A stretch of DNA of 64,000 bases from an uncultured Bacteroidales bacterium (lineage in GTDB: Bacteria > Bacteroidota > Bacteroidia > Bacteroidales > FEN-979). Within the stretch, counting starts at the first letter, position 1; each line of letters starts with the position of its first letter. Under the pieces are notes generated by a model that saw only the letters and a list, made by a program, of their open reading frames with translations, made no database searches and was not told where the DNA came from. Shown here piece by piece: positions 26,405-37,355 of the stretch. The position numbers were made by a program, and so were the translations under genes. The stretch is from assembly GCA_963768805.1 (NCBI GenBank), contig CAVYJI010000008.1:131885-195884 (forward strand). Direction: 5' to 3'.

Positions 26405-28030
26405 ATGAGACAGAACAGAGTTTTCTTTAGTGCGGGCAGGTATATAGTTACCGTCGTAATGTTTGTCCTTCTTTCCCTTACCGGGTCAGGACAGGGCAAT
26501 ACCAAGCAGGATCTAAGCGGCATAAGGAAGTACATCAGCCTGATGCAGATGATCAAATACGCCTATGTCGACACGGTGAATGAGCCGAAGCTTGTCGAAA
26601 AGGCCATCGTTGAAACCCTTAAAGAGCTTGATCCGCATTCCGTGTACATTTCGAAGAAAGATCTCCAGCGGGCGAATGAGGAACTGGCAGGTAATTTTGA
26701 AGGGATAGGGGTTCAGTTTGAGATCTTCAGGGATACAATAAACATTGTACATCCCATTCCCGGCGGCCCCTCGGCAAAGCTGGGGATCCTTTCAGGAGAT
26801 AAGATCATAAAGATTGAATCGGAAGATGTCACAGGAAAGAAGATCACCAACCAGTTCGTATTTGACCGGTTGCGCGGCAAGAAAGGCACAAAGGTCACTA
26901 TCACCATTTACAGGCCCGGCAGGAAAGACCTGCTTGATTTTACGATCGTCCGCGACAAGATCCCGATCACCAGCATTGACGCATCATACATGATAGAGCC
27001 AGGCATCGGGTACATCAACCTGACACGGTTCTCTTCCACATCTACGAAAGAAATTGATGATGCTCTGTCAAAGCTGGATAAAGAGGGGATGAGAAGCCTG
27101 ATCCTCGACCTGCGCAACAACGGGGGAGGCTATATGAATATTGCCATTGACCTGGCAGACCAGTTCCTGCCTGCAAGACAGCTAATTGTATATACACAGG
27201 GACGGAACAGCCCAAGGGAAGATTATTATTCCTCGGGGAACGGACTATACCAGAAAGAAAGGATTGTGGTTTTGATCAATGAAAATTCGGCATCAGCCAG
27301 TGAAATTGTTTCAGGCGCCATCCAGGACCTGGACCGCGGGATCATTGTAGGGCGGAGGTCATTCGGTAAAGGGCTTGTGCAGAGGGCATACCCGTTGCCT
27401 GACAGTTCAGAGGTCAGGCTTACGACTGCCCGCTATTACACTCCATCAGGCCGGTGTATCCAGAAATCCTATGCTGAGGGGGTTGATAAATATTACCAGG
27501 ATTATGTAACCCGGTATAAGCACGGGGAGATGGAATATGCTGACAGCATAAAATTCCCCGATTCGCTGAAATATCATACTGCCAAAGGCCGTACGGTTTA
27601 TGGCGGGGGAGGGATCATGCCGGATGTATTTATCCCGCTGGATACCACTGCAGTCACTGACTATTATCTTGATATCCGCAGGAAAAATGTGTTAAACCTC
27701 TTTGTAGGCGACTATGTCGATAAGAACAGGAAGAGTCTTCTAAAGGATTATCCTGATTTTGACCAGTTTGATACCAGATTCAGTGTCGATGATGCATTTA
27801 TAAAAGGTTTCCTGGATCTGGCTGAAAAGCAGGGGGTGAAGATGAATGAAAAGCAATATGGGCTCTCTGAATCCCTGATAAAATCGCAGGTGAAAGCGGC
27901 AATTGCTGAAAAGCTCTGGGATGTAGACGCCTATTTTAAAGTAATGAACCAGGAAGACAATGAAGTACAGAAAGCAATAAAAGTCATAAAAGATGATGCG
28001 CTTTTTGATAAACTTGGGATACAACGGTAA
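26405..28030 (+). CDS. S41 family C-terminal processing peptidase
   Basis: PDZ (PGGPSAKLGILSGDKIIKI) and catalytic region (LDLRNNGGG, NENSASASEI, GRRSFGKGLVQ). ATG at 26405 preferred over the TTG at 26402. Confidence 0.9.
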   Translation: MRQNRVFFSAGRYIVTVVMFVLLSLTGSGQGNTKQDLSGIRKYISLMQMIKYAYVDTVNEPKLVEKAIVETLKELDPHSVYISKKDLQRANEELAGNFEGIGVQFEIFRDTINIVHPIPGGPSAKLGILSGDKIIKIESEDVTGKKITNQFVFDRLRGKKGTKVTITIYRPGRKDLLDFTIVRDKIPITSIDASYMIEPGIGYINLTRFSSTSTKEIDDALSKLDKEGMRSLILDLRNNGGGYMNIAIDLADQFLPARQLIVYTQGRNSPREDYYSSGNGLYQKERIVVLINENSASASEIVSGAIQDLDRGIIVGRRSFGKGLVQRAYPLPDSSEVRLTTARYYTPSGRCIQKSYAEGVDKYYQDYVTRYKHGEMEYADSIKFPDSLKYHTAKGRTVYGGGGIMPDVFIPLDTTAVTDYYLDIRRKNVLNLFVGDYVDKNRKSLLKDYPDFDQFDTRFSVDDAFIKGFLDLAEKQGVKMNEKQYGLSESLIKSQVKAAIAEKLWDVDAYFKVMNQEDNEVQKAIKVIKDDALFDKLGIQR

Positions 28031-28071
28031 ATGACTTTTTGCAGATTTCTGATTTAATAAAGACTAAAGCT

Positions 28072-29055
28072 ATGGACCTGACCACGAAATTCATGGGTTT
28101 GAAGTTGAAAAACCCCATTATTGCCGGAAGCTCCGGGCTGACATCGCACATGGCCGGTATTCTTGATCTTGAGAAGAACGGGGTGGCAGCAATAGTCCTG
28201 AAGTCACTGTTTGAAGAGCAGATCATCTTCAACTATTCATCCAAACTCAGGGAAGTTGGTCTTGAGGCCCAGTATCCTGAAGCCCGTGATTACATCAGTC
28301 ATCACACCAAGCGTAAGGCAGTGGATGAATATATTGAGCTGATCATAAATTGCAAGAAAGTGCTGTCAATCCCTGTAATTGCAAGTATCAATTGTGTGAC
28401 GCCATCTGAATGGACGACCTTTGCCAGTGAATTAGAGCTTGCAGGCGCGGATGCCCTTGAGCTGAATATGTTCTTCATTCCTGCCGATCCACAAAAGATG
28501 GGAGGTGTAATCGAGGAGTCCTATCTCGAGATCATTCATGAGATCATGAAAAAGGTCTCTGTGCCGGTTTGTGTCAAGGTAAGTCCTTATTTTTCGGGGC
28601 TTTCCAATTCCCTTCTGCGCTTTTCATTCACCGGGATCAAAGGGATGGTGCTGTTCAACAGGTTTTTCTCTCCCGACATAGATATCGATGACCTGAAAGT
28701 CACCGCCGGACCCATTTACAGCGGTCCTGACGAGATCTATCTTCCCATGCGGTGGCTCGCCATGCTATCTGACCGTATCTACTGTGACCTGGCAGCATCA
28801 TCCGGTATCCATGACGGGAAAGGCCTTATCAAGGTGCTCCTGGCAGGAGCAAAAGCTGCTGAGATCGCCTCGGTGTTTTATACAAAGGGGACCGGTGAGA
28901 TCAGCAGCATGCTAAAGTACCTGGAAGACTATCTCATGCGTCATCACTATTCATCAGTATCTGAGATCATCGGGAAGATGAGCATGCGACAGGTACCCAA
29001 CCCGGTGGATTATGAACGGGTTCAGTTCATTAAGTACTACTCCGGTATTGAGTGA
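28072..29055 (+). CDS. Dihydroorotate dehydrogenase-like (class 1 DHOD/DHPD family) protein
   Basis: MDLTTKFMGLKLKNPIIAGSSGLT..., a TIM-barrel flavoenzyme pattern. ATG at 28072 preferred over the upstream TTG. Confidence 0.75.
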   Translation: MDLTTKFMGLKLKNPIIAGSSGLTSHMAGILDLEKNGVAAIVLKSLFEEQIIFNYSSKLREVGLEAQYPEARDYISHHTKRKAVDEYIELIINCKKVLSIPVIASINCVTPSEWTTFASELELAGADALELNMFFIPADPQKMGGVIEESYLEIIHEIMKKVSVPVCVKVSPYFSGLSNSLLRFSFTGIKGMVLFNRFFSPDIDIDDLKVTAGPIYSGPDEIYLPMRWLAMLSDRIYCDLAASSGIHDGKGLIKVLLAGAKAAEIASVFYTKGTGEISSMLKYLEDYLMRHHYSSVSEIIGKMSMRQVPNPVDYERVQFIKYYSGIE

Positions 29056-29308
29056 GAGTAAACTCCTGTACTGCCGGTTTCCTGCTGATCTTCGAAGAAT
29101 GCATCGCAAATATTCATCGAGAAGATTATAACGGTTATTCTAACTACTGCGTCAGATAGCAATCCTATTTATTTGGCGGGTAAAAGGTCAATCGAAGGTC
29201 GATTGAAGTTTAATTACAGGAACGACGGAAGGACGGATGCTAATTAGTTGGAAGATTGAGAGTTGGGAAAAGGAAGGTAGGAATATGAGAAATCAAAGGT
29301 GATTTGTA

Positions 29309-30547
29309 ATGTCGACCAGGCTATATATTGCCCTCCCTGTTATCAACGAACCTGAATTCCTCCCGGGGATACTTGGATGCCTGTCACGACAGGATTATCA
29401 TGATTTCAGAGTTTATGTTTGTGTTAACCAGCCGGATGAATGGTGGAATGTGCCAGGGAAAAGGCATATCTGTGAAGCAAATACGGCGACCCTGAAATTC
29501 CTGGAGCGATATAAGGGGATTGACCTGAATATCATTGACCGGTGCACACCCGGGAACGGGTGGAGCGGGAGAAAGCATGGCGTAGGCTGGGCAAGAAAAA
29601 CAGTAATGGACGCCATTGACAAAGTTGCGGGACCGGATGATATCATTGTAAGTTTAGATGCCGATACCCTATTTCATGATAATTATCTTTCGTCACTTGT
29701 TGCCAATTTTTCTACCCACACTGATGCTGTTGCCCTCGCCGTTCCTTATTATCATAAGCTTACTGGGGATGAAACTGCTGACCGTGCGATACTGCGTTAT
29801 GAGATCTATATGAGGTATTATTCCCTGAACCTGTGGCGGATAGGCAATCCTTATTCATTTACTGCACTGGGCTCTGCCATGGCATTCCCGGCATGGGCTT
29901 ACCGTGCCGTTGGCGGGATGACGCCCAAGATGAGCGGTGAAGATTTTTATTTTCTTCAAAAGCTCAGGAAGTATGGCAAGATGCTTTTTTATAATCCTGA
30001 GAAGGTATATCCTGCTGCCCGTTTTTCTGACCGCGTCTATTTCGGGACCGGTCCTGCCATGATCAAAGGAAGGCAGGATGACTGGTCAAGTTACCCGGTC
30101 TATTCCTATCACTATTTTGACGAGATAAAGCTGACAACTGATCTTTTCAGTGAATTTTTTACAGGGACCCGGGATACCCCCGTTGTCAGGTTTCTCAGGC
30201 AATTGTTTAATGAGGAGGATCCTTTCATGGCACTGCGTGAGAATTTCAAAGATCTGTCAACCTTTACCAGGGCCTGCCATGAGAAGTTTGATGGTCTGAG
30301 GATCTTGCAGTATCTGAAGTACCGGCAAAACCATGTCCGGGAGGATGAAAAGAACCTCGTGGAGTTCCTGTCCCGTTTTTATCCCGGTGAATGTAAAAAG
30401 ATCATACCTGGCGCTGCAAAGTTTTCTTTTACGGGGTCAACAGTGGATGAACTCGATCTTGTGAGGATATTCCTGACGAATAAGGAAGAGGGATACCAGT
30501 CTACTTCAGTATCTTCGTTACCAGGTCAGCCGCTTCCTGCAGGGTGA
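29309..30547 (+). CDS. Glycosyltransferase family 2 protein
   Basis: 412 aa. N-terminal GT-A pattern (ALPVINE...L..CL.SL..Q....F.V.VCVN) and a DAD motif (SLDADT). Confidence 0.75.
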   Translation: MSTRLYIALPVINEPEFLPGILGCLSRQDYHDFRVYVCVNQPDEWWNVPGKRHICEANTATLKFLERYKGIDLNIIDRCTPGNGWSGRKHGVGWARKTVMDAIDKVAGPDDIIVSLDADTLFHDNYLSSLVANFSTHTDAVALAVPYYHKLTGDETADRAILRYEIYMRYYSLNLWRIGNPYSFTALGSAMAFPAWAYRAVGGMTPKMSGEDFYFLQKLRKYGKMLFYNPEKVYPAARFSDRVYFGTGPAMIKGRQDDWSSYPVYSYHYFDEIKLTTDLFSEFFTGTRDTPVVRFLRQLFNEEDPFMALRENFKDLSTFTRACHEKFDGLRILQYLKYRQNHVREDEKNLVEFLSRFYPGECKKIIPGAAKFSFTGSTVDELDLVRIFLTNKEEGYQSTSVSSLPGQPLPAG

Positions 30548-31691
30548 CGGCAGAGTGGACGTGCAGGCCTGAGTCATCGATGATCTTCTTTCCTTCGGCG
30601 GCATTAGTACCCTGTAGCCTCACGATAATGGGTATACTGATCTCCCCGATATTATTATAAGCATCAACTATACCCTGGGCCACGCGGTCGCAACGAACGA
30701 TCCCCCCGAAGATATTGACCAGGATGGCTTTTACGTCGGGGTCTTTAAGGATGATGCGGAACCCTTCTTCAACACGTTTGGCGCTGGCAGAGCCTCCCAC
30801 ATCCAGGAAGTTTGCGGGATCGCCTCCTGAGAGCTTGATGATATCCATGGTGGCCATGGCAAGTCCTGCTCCGTTCACCATACAGCCCACGTTCCCGTTG
30901 AGCTTCACATAATTCAGGTCGTTGCGTGTTGCTTCCACCTCGATGGGATCTTCCTCGTCGAAGTCACGCATTGCGGCGATATCGGGATGGCGGAACAAGG
31001 CATTGTTGTCGATGACGACTTTTGCATCAGCTGCAAGTATTTTGTTGTCTGAAGTCTTGAAGACGGGGTTGATCTCGATCAATGATGCATCGCATCCGTC
31101 ATAGGCAGCGTAGATGGCGTTCACGAACCTGACCATATTCTTAAAAGCATCACCTTCCAGGTTAAGGTTGAATGCAATCTTGCGTGCCTGGAATGGCTGC
31201 ATGCCGACTTTCGGGTCAATCTCTTCGGTAAATATCTGGTCAGGCGTCTCTTCTGCTACTTTTTCAATCTCCATTCCTCCGCGGGGAGAATACATCATGA
31301 TGGTATGTCCTTTTTGCCGGTTCAGGAGGGCGCTTAGATAAAATTCTGCAGGTTCACTGACCCCGGGATAATAGATATTCTGTTCCACCAATACTTTCCT
31401 GACTTTCTTTCCCTCTGCGCTGGTCTGAGGCGTAACAAGCTGCATGCCAATGATCTGCCCGGCAAATGTCCGCACTTCTTCGATGGTCTTCGCTACCTTG
31501 ACGCCGCCCCCCTTGCCTCGGCCGCCGGCATGGACCTGTGCCTTCACCACCCACTTGTCTGTCCCGGTGATATTCTGGATGATCTCTGCTGCTTTGCCTG
31601 CTTCTCCCGCATTGTGGGCGAGGATCCCTTCAGGGACCAGTACCCCGTATTTCTTAAGGATTGATTTGCTTTGGAATTCGTGTAAGTTCAT
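30501..31691 (-). CDS. sucC: Succinate--CoA ligase (ADP-forming) beta subunit
   Basis: 396 aa. MNLHEFQSKSILKKYGV.VP.G, AQVHAGGRGKGGGVK and the ATP-grasp plus ligase-CoA domain order. Confidence 0.95.
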   Translation of the reverse strand: MNLHEFQSKSILKKYGVLVPEGILAHNAGEAGKAAEIIQNITGTDKWVVKAQVHAGGRGKGGGVKVAKTIEEVRTFAGQIIGMQLVTPQTSAEGKKVRKVLVEQNIYYPGVSEPAEFYLSALLNRQKGHTIMMYSPRGGMEIEKVAEETPDQIFTEEIDPKVGMQPFQARKIAFNLNLEGDAFKNMVRFVNAIYAAYDGCDASLIEINPVFKTSDNKILAADAKVVIDNNALFRHPDIAAMRDFDEEDPIEVEATRNDLNYVKLNGNVGCMVNGAGLAMATMDIIKLSGGDPANFLDVGGSASAKRVEEGFRIILKDPDVKAILVNIFGGIVRCDRVAQGIVDAYNNIGEISIPIIVRLQGTNAAEGKKIIDDSGLHVHSAVTLQEAADLVTKILK

Positions 31692-31801
31692 AAACAGTAG
31701 ATTTTAAGTCTCCAAAAGTACGTAAACAAGAACAATATATGGTTAAAGTACAACCTGATTTATCAGGGATCCCCTATAAAAAACAAATCTCAAAGAATTC
31801 T

Positions 31802-31809
31802 TACCTTTG
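31802..31809 (+). promoter_or_regulatory. Candidate -7 box (TACCTTTG) for lolD
   Basis: Matches the Bacteroidetes TAnnTTTG consensus, 20 nt upstream of the start codon. Confidence 0.4.
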
Positions 31810-31828
31810 AGGCGCAAAAACAGAAGGG

Positions 31829-32491
31829 ATGGTCATTGTTAAAGATATACACAAATCCTATGGGACACTGGAAGTGCTGAAAGGGATCAGTCTTGAAGTA
31901 GGAAAAGGAGAGATCGTTTCAATAGTAGGGGCATCCGGTGCAGGGAAATCAACGCTATTACATATTATTGGTACGCTTGACACGGCCGATGCAGGCACCA
32001 TTGAAATGAATGGTGTGAATGTCAGGAAATTATCAGATAAGAAGCTGGCGTCATTCCGTAATAAGCATATCGGGTTCGTTTTTCAGTTCCATCATCTTCT
32101 GCCTGAATTCACGGCACTTGAAAATATCTGCATACCAGGGTTCATAGGGAAAAGAAATAAGCGGGAAGTTGAGCGCAGGGCAGCAGATCTGTTGAATTTC
32201 ATGGGGATGAAGGAACGTTTACATCACAAGCCCGCTGAATTGTCGGGTGGTGAGCAGCAGCGGGTGGCCGTGGCGCGTGCACTGATCAATGATCCGGATA
32301 TGATCCTGGCGGATGAGCCTTCAGGGAACCTTGATTCAGCTTCGGCCCTTGAACTACATAACCTGTTCTTCAGTCTCAGGAATTCTTTTGACCAGACCTA
32401 TATCATCGTCACCCACAACTCGGATCTTGCAAATATGGCCGACAGGAAGCTTACCATTCGTGACGGCGTGATCGAAAAACCGCCCCTGTAA
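31829..32491 (+). CDS. lolD: ABC transporter ATP-binding protein, LolD-like
   Basis: 220 aa. Walker [10 protein letters not shown], signature LSGGEQQR, Walker B ILADEP. Has LolD/MacB-type N- and C-termini. Confidence 0.85.
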   Translation: MVIVKDIHKSYGTLEVLKGISLEVGKGEIVSIVGASGAGKSTLLHIIGTLDTADAGTIEMNGVNVRKLSDKKLASFRNKHIGFVFQFHHLLPEFTALENICIPGFIGKRNKREVERRAADLLNFMGMKERLHHKPAELSGGEQQRVAVARALINDPDMILADEPSGNLDSASALELHNLFFSLRNSFDQTYIIVTHNSDLANMADRKLTIRDGVIEKPPL

Positions 32492-32543
32492 AATTAAATC
32501 CCGTTATTTACGTTAACTGTACTGAATAATCCTGATCTTCCGC

Positions 32544-35500
32544 ATGAAGTTGTGTACTATCAAGTCTGTTGTTAAAAAAAATTCCTTTCAGACAATTATC
32601 ATCCTCATTCTGCTTTTCACAGGAGGCGGGATGATCGCTTCTTCATTCTACAGGCATTATTCACCCGGACCTTCAGCCACTGTCAATTACGATACTATCC
32701 AGACAGGAAAGCAAGTACAGGTCGACTCCAGTTACAGGGCTTGCATGATGAGGGGAGATAAGTACTCCATTTCAAAAGATTATGAGAAAGCCATTACGGA
32801 GTATGAAAATGGACTGAAGGTGAAGCCGCGGGATCCCTATGCTACCCAGCGTATAACGAGGGTTAAAGCGCAACTTGACGCCAGCCGCAAGGCAGATGAA
32901 GATTATAAAAAGTACATCACTTCGGGAGATAACTATTTTAATGCCAAGGATTACCTCAATGCAAAAGGATCCTACCAGCTTGCCATCGATACCAAGCCTG
33001 ACGATGACTATGCAAAGGGGAAACTGAAAGAGACGATGGATCTTCTCAGGTCGATGAAAGCCACCAATATCCTTTATGATGTTGCTATTGCAAATGCTGA
33101 AAAGCTTTACCAGGATACAGAATATCAAAAGGCGATAACTGAATTTGAGAATGCTAGTAAGATCCTTCCGAATGAAAAGTACCCTAAAGACCGCATAAAC
33201 CAGATCATCAAGATCATGGTTGACAAGCAGGCCAATGATGAGATGTTTTCACGCTCAATAACCAATGCCGACAAGCTTTATAAATCGAAATCATACCAGA
33301 ATGCGTTGCTCGAGTACCAGCATGCCGCTGCCTATAAACCTGATGAACAGTACCCGAAAGACCGTATCAAGGAGCTGACAGAGCTCCTGGCAACCATGAA
33401 AGCAAGGCAGGCGGATTATGACAGATCTATTGCTGCCGCCGATAAACTCTATGACGATAAGGCCTGGGAACCTTCAAAAGCTGAATACCAGAACGCTTCG
33501 AAAATAAAACCTGAAGAGATCTATCCCATAAACCGGATCAAAGAGATTGATGATATACTGACCAGGCTGAAAAATGCCAAGGAGGAATACGAACGGCTTG
33601 TGAATCTTGCAGACAGCCTCTATGTTCAAAAGAAATACCTCGATGCTAAAATAAGTTACCAGGAGGCGTTGAATGTAAAACCAAATGAATCGTACCCGAA
33701 AGAAATGATCGAAAAGGCGGATAACCTGATATCAGGACAGGAAGCCAATTCAAAGGCCCTGGAAGAGTCGTACCAGGCTGCACTTGCGGCTGCCGATAAA
33801 CTCTATGCTGCAAAGGATTATGATAAGGCGAAGACCGGGTACCAGGCTGCACTTGGGATCAAGCCTGATGAACAATACCCGAAGGATAAGATCAAAGAGA
33901 TCGATGGACTATTTGCTTCGCTGGAGAAGCAGAAAGCAATGGATAAGCAGTACCTGGCTATTATTGCCGGGGCTGATTCACTGCTTTCCTCAAAATCGTA
34001 CCAGCCTGCTAAAGTCCAGTACCAGTCTGCCTTGCAATTAAAGCCCGGTGAGAAATATCCGCAGGACCGCATTGCTGAAATCGATGTGGCGTTGGCTGAC
34101 CTCGTGAAGCAAAAAGCGCTCGATGATCAGTATGCTGCAGCCATATCCAAGGCAGACAAATCATTTGCAATGAAGACCTGGGACCAGGCAAAGACCGATT
34201 ATTCATCTGCATCTGCCCTTAAGCCCAACGAATCCTATCCGAAGGACAAGATCGCAGAGATTGATAAGATACTTGCCGACCTCGCCAACCAGAAAGTCAT
34301 TGATGACAAATATGCAGCGATAATTGCGGGTGCGGATAAACTGCTGGAAGCTAAGACATACACTGAAGCCAGGACAGAATATGGCAAGGCAGGTGAGCTT
34401 AAACCGTCGGAAACTTATCCCAAAACAAAGATTGCAGAGATTGAAAGGATCCTGGCTGCCATCGAAGCACAGAAATCACTGGATGAAAGATACAACGGCC
34501 TGATCAAAAATGCAGATACCCTGCTGGCTGAGAAATCTTACGAGGAGGCAAAAACCAAATACCAGGATGCTGCCGCCATCAAGCCGACAGAAGCTTACCC
34601 GAAGGGAAAGATCATTGAGATCAATGCAGTCATGGCCGAAATTGCTAAGAAAAAAGCACTCGATGACCAGTATACCGCAACGGTTGCAAATGCCGATAAA
34701 CTGCTTGCAGACAAATCGTATGAGCCTGCGAAGATACAGTACCAGTCAGCCTTGAAATTAAAACCTGCGGAGAAGTATCCGCAGGACCGCATTGCTGAAA
34801 TAGACGTTGCCCTTGAAGACCTGGTCAAGCAAAAGGCCATTGATGACCAGTATGCTTCAGCCATTGTCAAAGCAGACAATTCCTTTGCTGCAAAGAGCTG
34901 GGACCAGGCAAAAACTGATTACTCGGCAGCATCAGCAATCAAACCCAATGAAGCCTATCCGAAGGACAAGATCACAGAGATCGATAAAATAGTTGCTGAC
35001 ATGGCAAAGCAGAAGGCGCTGGATGATCAGTATCATATGATCATCGCCAATGCAGATAAATTGCTGGCAGCAAAGACGTATACCGAAGCAAGAACGGAAT
35101 ATGTCAAGGCGGGTGATCTTAAGCCTTCTGAGGATTATCCGAAGTCAAAGATCGCCGAAATTGACAAGACGCTTGGTGACATTGCAGCAGCAAAACTTAA
35201 GGAGGAGAAATACAGAACCCTGATAGACACAGCGGATAAGCTACTCGCAGGGAAGTCATACGAACCGGCCAAAACAAATTACCAGGATGCACTTGCATTA
35301 AAACCCGGGGAAGCTTACCCGAAAGGAAAGATTGAAGAGATAGACAAAGTGCTGGCTGAGATTGCAAGGAAAAAAGCCCTTGATGACCAGTATTCTTCAT
35401 CTATAGCAGATGCCGATAAATTGCTTGCAGATAAGTCATATGAACAGGCCAAAGCCGGTTACCAGAAAGCCTCATTGCTGAAGCCGGATGAGAAATATCC

Positions 35501-37301
35501 TAAAGACCGCATTGCGGAGATCGACATAGCGCTAGCAGACCTGGCAAAGCAAAAGGCTCTCGACGACCAGTACAGCGCCCTCATCGCAAAAGCCGATAAA
35601 CTTCTCACTGATAGATCATACGACCAGGCAAAAACCGAATATACCAGTGCAAGCAACCTTAAACCTGCCGAACAATACCCGAAGGATAAGATCGCTGAGA
35701 TCCTTAAAACAATTGATGATATTGCAAAGCAGAAGGTCAAAGATCAGAAATACCAGTCGGTGATCGCCAATGCCGACAAGCTCCTTGACGCTAAAACTTA
35801 TGAGCTTGCAAGATCGTCATACGTGGAGGCTTCAGGATTAAAACCAGACGAACAATATCCAAAGGATAAAATAGCCCAGATAGATAAGATCACTGCTGAC
35901 ATTGCCCATCAGAAGGAGGTCGATGCTGAATTCAAAGCATCCATTACCAAGGCTGACGAACTGTTTGCTGCCAAATCATATGAGCCTGCAAAAACCGTTT
36001 ACCAGCATGCATCTTCCCTGAAACCTGATGAGGAGTACCCAAAGGGCAAGATCGCTGCCATAGACAAGATCCTTGCAGATATCAAAGCCTTTGAAGACAA
36101 ATACAACGGGGCTATTGCAACAGGGGATTCTGCATTCAACAATAAATCTTATGTACAGGCAAAATCTGCATACCAGGAGGCACTGCAGATGAAACCGGAG
36201 GAGAAATATCCGAAAGACAGGATCGCAGAGATAGAGAAGATCATGGTCGAGCTTGCAAAGCAAAAAGTGATCGACGACCAGTACAACGGTTATCTTGCAA
36301 GAGCAGAAAAACTGGAGGCTGACAAGTCATATGCCCAGGCCAGGAGTGAATTTGTCAATGCTTCGGCCATCAAGCCTGGCGAACAATATCCAAAGGATAA
36401 GATCGCGGAAATAGATGAGATCGTTGCAGATCTCAAGGCAAAGGAGGATGCCTATAAGACTTCTGTCGCAAAGGGGAACCAGCTGCTGGCGCAGAAATCA
36501 TACGAGGATGCGCGTGCCGAGTTCCAGAATGCAGGTGAGATCAAACCTGATGAGCAATACCCGAAGCAAAAGATTGAAGAGGTCAACAAGATCCTGATGG
36601 AACTCAAAGGGAAAAGGCAAACTTTCGATGACCTGGTCACAAAAGGGAATGATGTTTTGTCAATCAAAGACTATTACAAGGCGAAAGATTATTATCAGCA
36701 GGCGCTGGCTATCTTTCCTGACGAAGCCTATCCGAAAGAACGGCTGATCACGATCAATGCTGTGATCGACAGTATATTCCGTGCCAACAAGGTTTTTTAT
36801 GATAAAGCTGTCGCAGAAGGGGATAAGAGTTTTAATGCAATGATCTATGATAAGGCCATAGATTCATACGAGGAGGCCCTTTCTTACCTTCCCACAGAGC
36901 AATATCCTAAAGACAGGATCAGCCAGATCAAGAAGACGATCGCCGAAAATGCCATCGTCGATGTGGTGAATTCAGCACAGAAGGTCACCAATGGTTCGGA
37001 GAAGCAGTTTGATTTTACCCCTGTCAACATCATCTCGCGCAAGAACAATTACTTTTATGTCAAGATCAGGAACCTCACCGACCGGCCTTTCAGCGTGTTG
37101 CTGAGGTATGGCCAAGACAAACAGATCAACGGCGGAGCAGTTATCAAAGATATTACAGGCGACGGAAAGGTTAATGAACGGCTGATCAGCGTCCGCGAGC
37201 AGGATCCATGGTACCGCAACGATAACAACTGGATCAGTGTTTATCCCCAGGGGGGCGATGTGGAGGTCACTTTTATCCAGATCTCAAGGGCGGGCCAATA
37301 A
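32544..37301 (+). CDS. Membrane-anchored giant repeat protein (about 22 TPR-like 60-aa units plus a unique C-terminal domain)
   Basis: 1585 aa with an N-terminal TM. The unit ..ADKLL..K.Y..AK..YQ.A..LKP.E.YPKD(K/R)IAEID..LA.....K..D.. is iterated. The last ~150 aa are non-repetitive. Confidence 0.8.
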   Translation: MKLCTIKSVVKKNSFQTIIILILLFTGGGMIASSFYRHYSPGPSATVNYDTIQTGKQVQVDSSYRACMMRGDKYSISKDYEKAITEYENGLKVKPRDPYATQRITRVKAQLDASRKADEDYKKYITSGDNYFNAKDYLNAKGSYQLAIDTKPDDDYAKGKLKETMDLLRSMKATNILYDVAIANAEKLYQDTEYQKAITEFENASKILPNEKYPKDRINQIIKIMVDKQANDEMFSRSITNADKLYKSKSYQNALLEYQHAAAYKPDEQYPKDRIKELTELLATMKARQADYDRSIAAADKLYDDKAWEPSKAEYQNASKIKPEEIYPINRIKEIDDILTRLKNAKEEYERLVNLADSLYVQKKYLDAKISYQEALNVKPNESYPKEMIEKADNLISGQEANSKALEESYQAALAAADKLYAAKDYDKAKTGYQAALGIKPDEQYPKDKIKEIDGLFASLEKQKAMDKQYLAIIAGADSLLSSKSYQPAKVQYQSALQLKPGEKYPQDRIAEIDVALADLVKQKALDDQYAAAISKADKSFAMKTWDQAKTDYSSASALKPNESYPKDKIAEIDKILADLANQKVIDDKYAAIIAGADKLLEAKTYTEARTEYGKAGELKPSETYPKTKIAEIERILAAIEAQKSLDERYNGLIKNADTLLAEKSYEEAKTKYQDAAAIKPTEAYPKGKIIEINAVMAEIAKKKALDDQYTATVANADKLLADKSYEPAKIQYQSALKLKPAEKYPQDRIAEIDVALEDLVKQKAIDDQYASAIVKADNSFAAKSWDQAKTDYSAASAIKPNEAYPKDKITEIDKIVADMAKQKALDDQYHMIIANADKLLAAKTYTEARTEYVKAGDLKPSEDYPKSKIAEIDKTLGDIAAAKLKEEKYRTLIDTADKLLAGKSYEPAKTNYQDALALKPGEAYPKGKIEEIDKVLAEIARKKALDDQYSSSIADADKLLADKSYEQAKAGYQKASLLKPDEKYPKDRIAEIDIALADLAKQKALDDQYSALIAKADKLLTDRSYDQAKTEYTSASNLKPAEQYPKDKIAEILKTIDDIAKQKVKDQKYQSVIANADKLLDAKTYELARSSYVEASGLKPDEQYPKDKIAQIDKITADIAHQKEVDAEFKASITKADELFAAKSYEPAKTVYQHASSLKPDEEYPKGKIAAIDKILADIKAFEDKYNGAIATGDSAFNNKSYVQAKSAYQEALQMKPEEKYPKDRIAEIEKIMVELAKQKVIDDQYNGYLARAEKLEADKSYAQARSEFVNASAIKPGEQYPKDKIAEIDEIVADLKAKEDAYKTSVAKGNQLLAQKSYEDARAEFQNAGEIKPDEQYPKQKIEEVNKILMELKGKRQTFDDLVTKGNDVLSIKDYYKAKDYYQQALAIFPDEAYPKERLITINAVIDSIFRANKVFYDKAVAEGDKSFNAMIYDKAIDSYEEALSYLPTEQYPKDRISQIKKTIAENAIVDVVNSAQKVTNGSEKQFDFTPVNIISRKNNYFYVKIRNLTDRPFSVLLRYGQDKQINGGAVIKDITGDGKVNERLISVREQDPWYRNDNNWISVYPQGGDVEVTFIQISRAGQ

Positions 37302-37308
37302 AATTTCC

Positions 37309-37316
37309 TAAATTTG
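37309..37316 (+). promoter_or_regulatory. Candidate -7 box (TAAATTTG) for the cysteine synthase-like gene
   Basis: TAnnTTTG match 40 nt upstream of the ATG. Confidence 0.35.
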
Positions 37317-37355
37317 CAGTTGTATAAAATCCTGAAATAAACCAAACCTGGTCCT

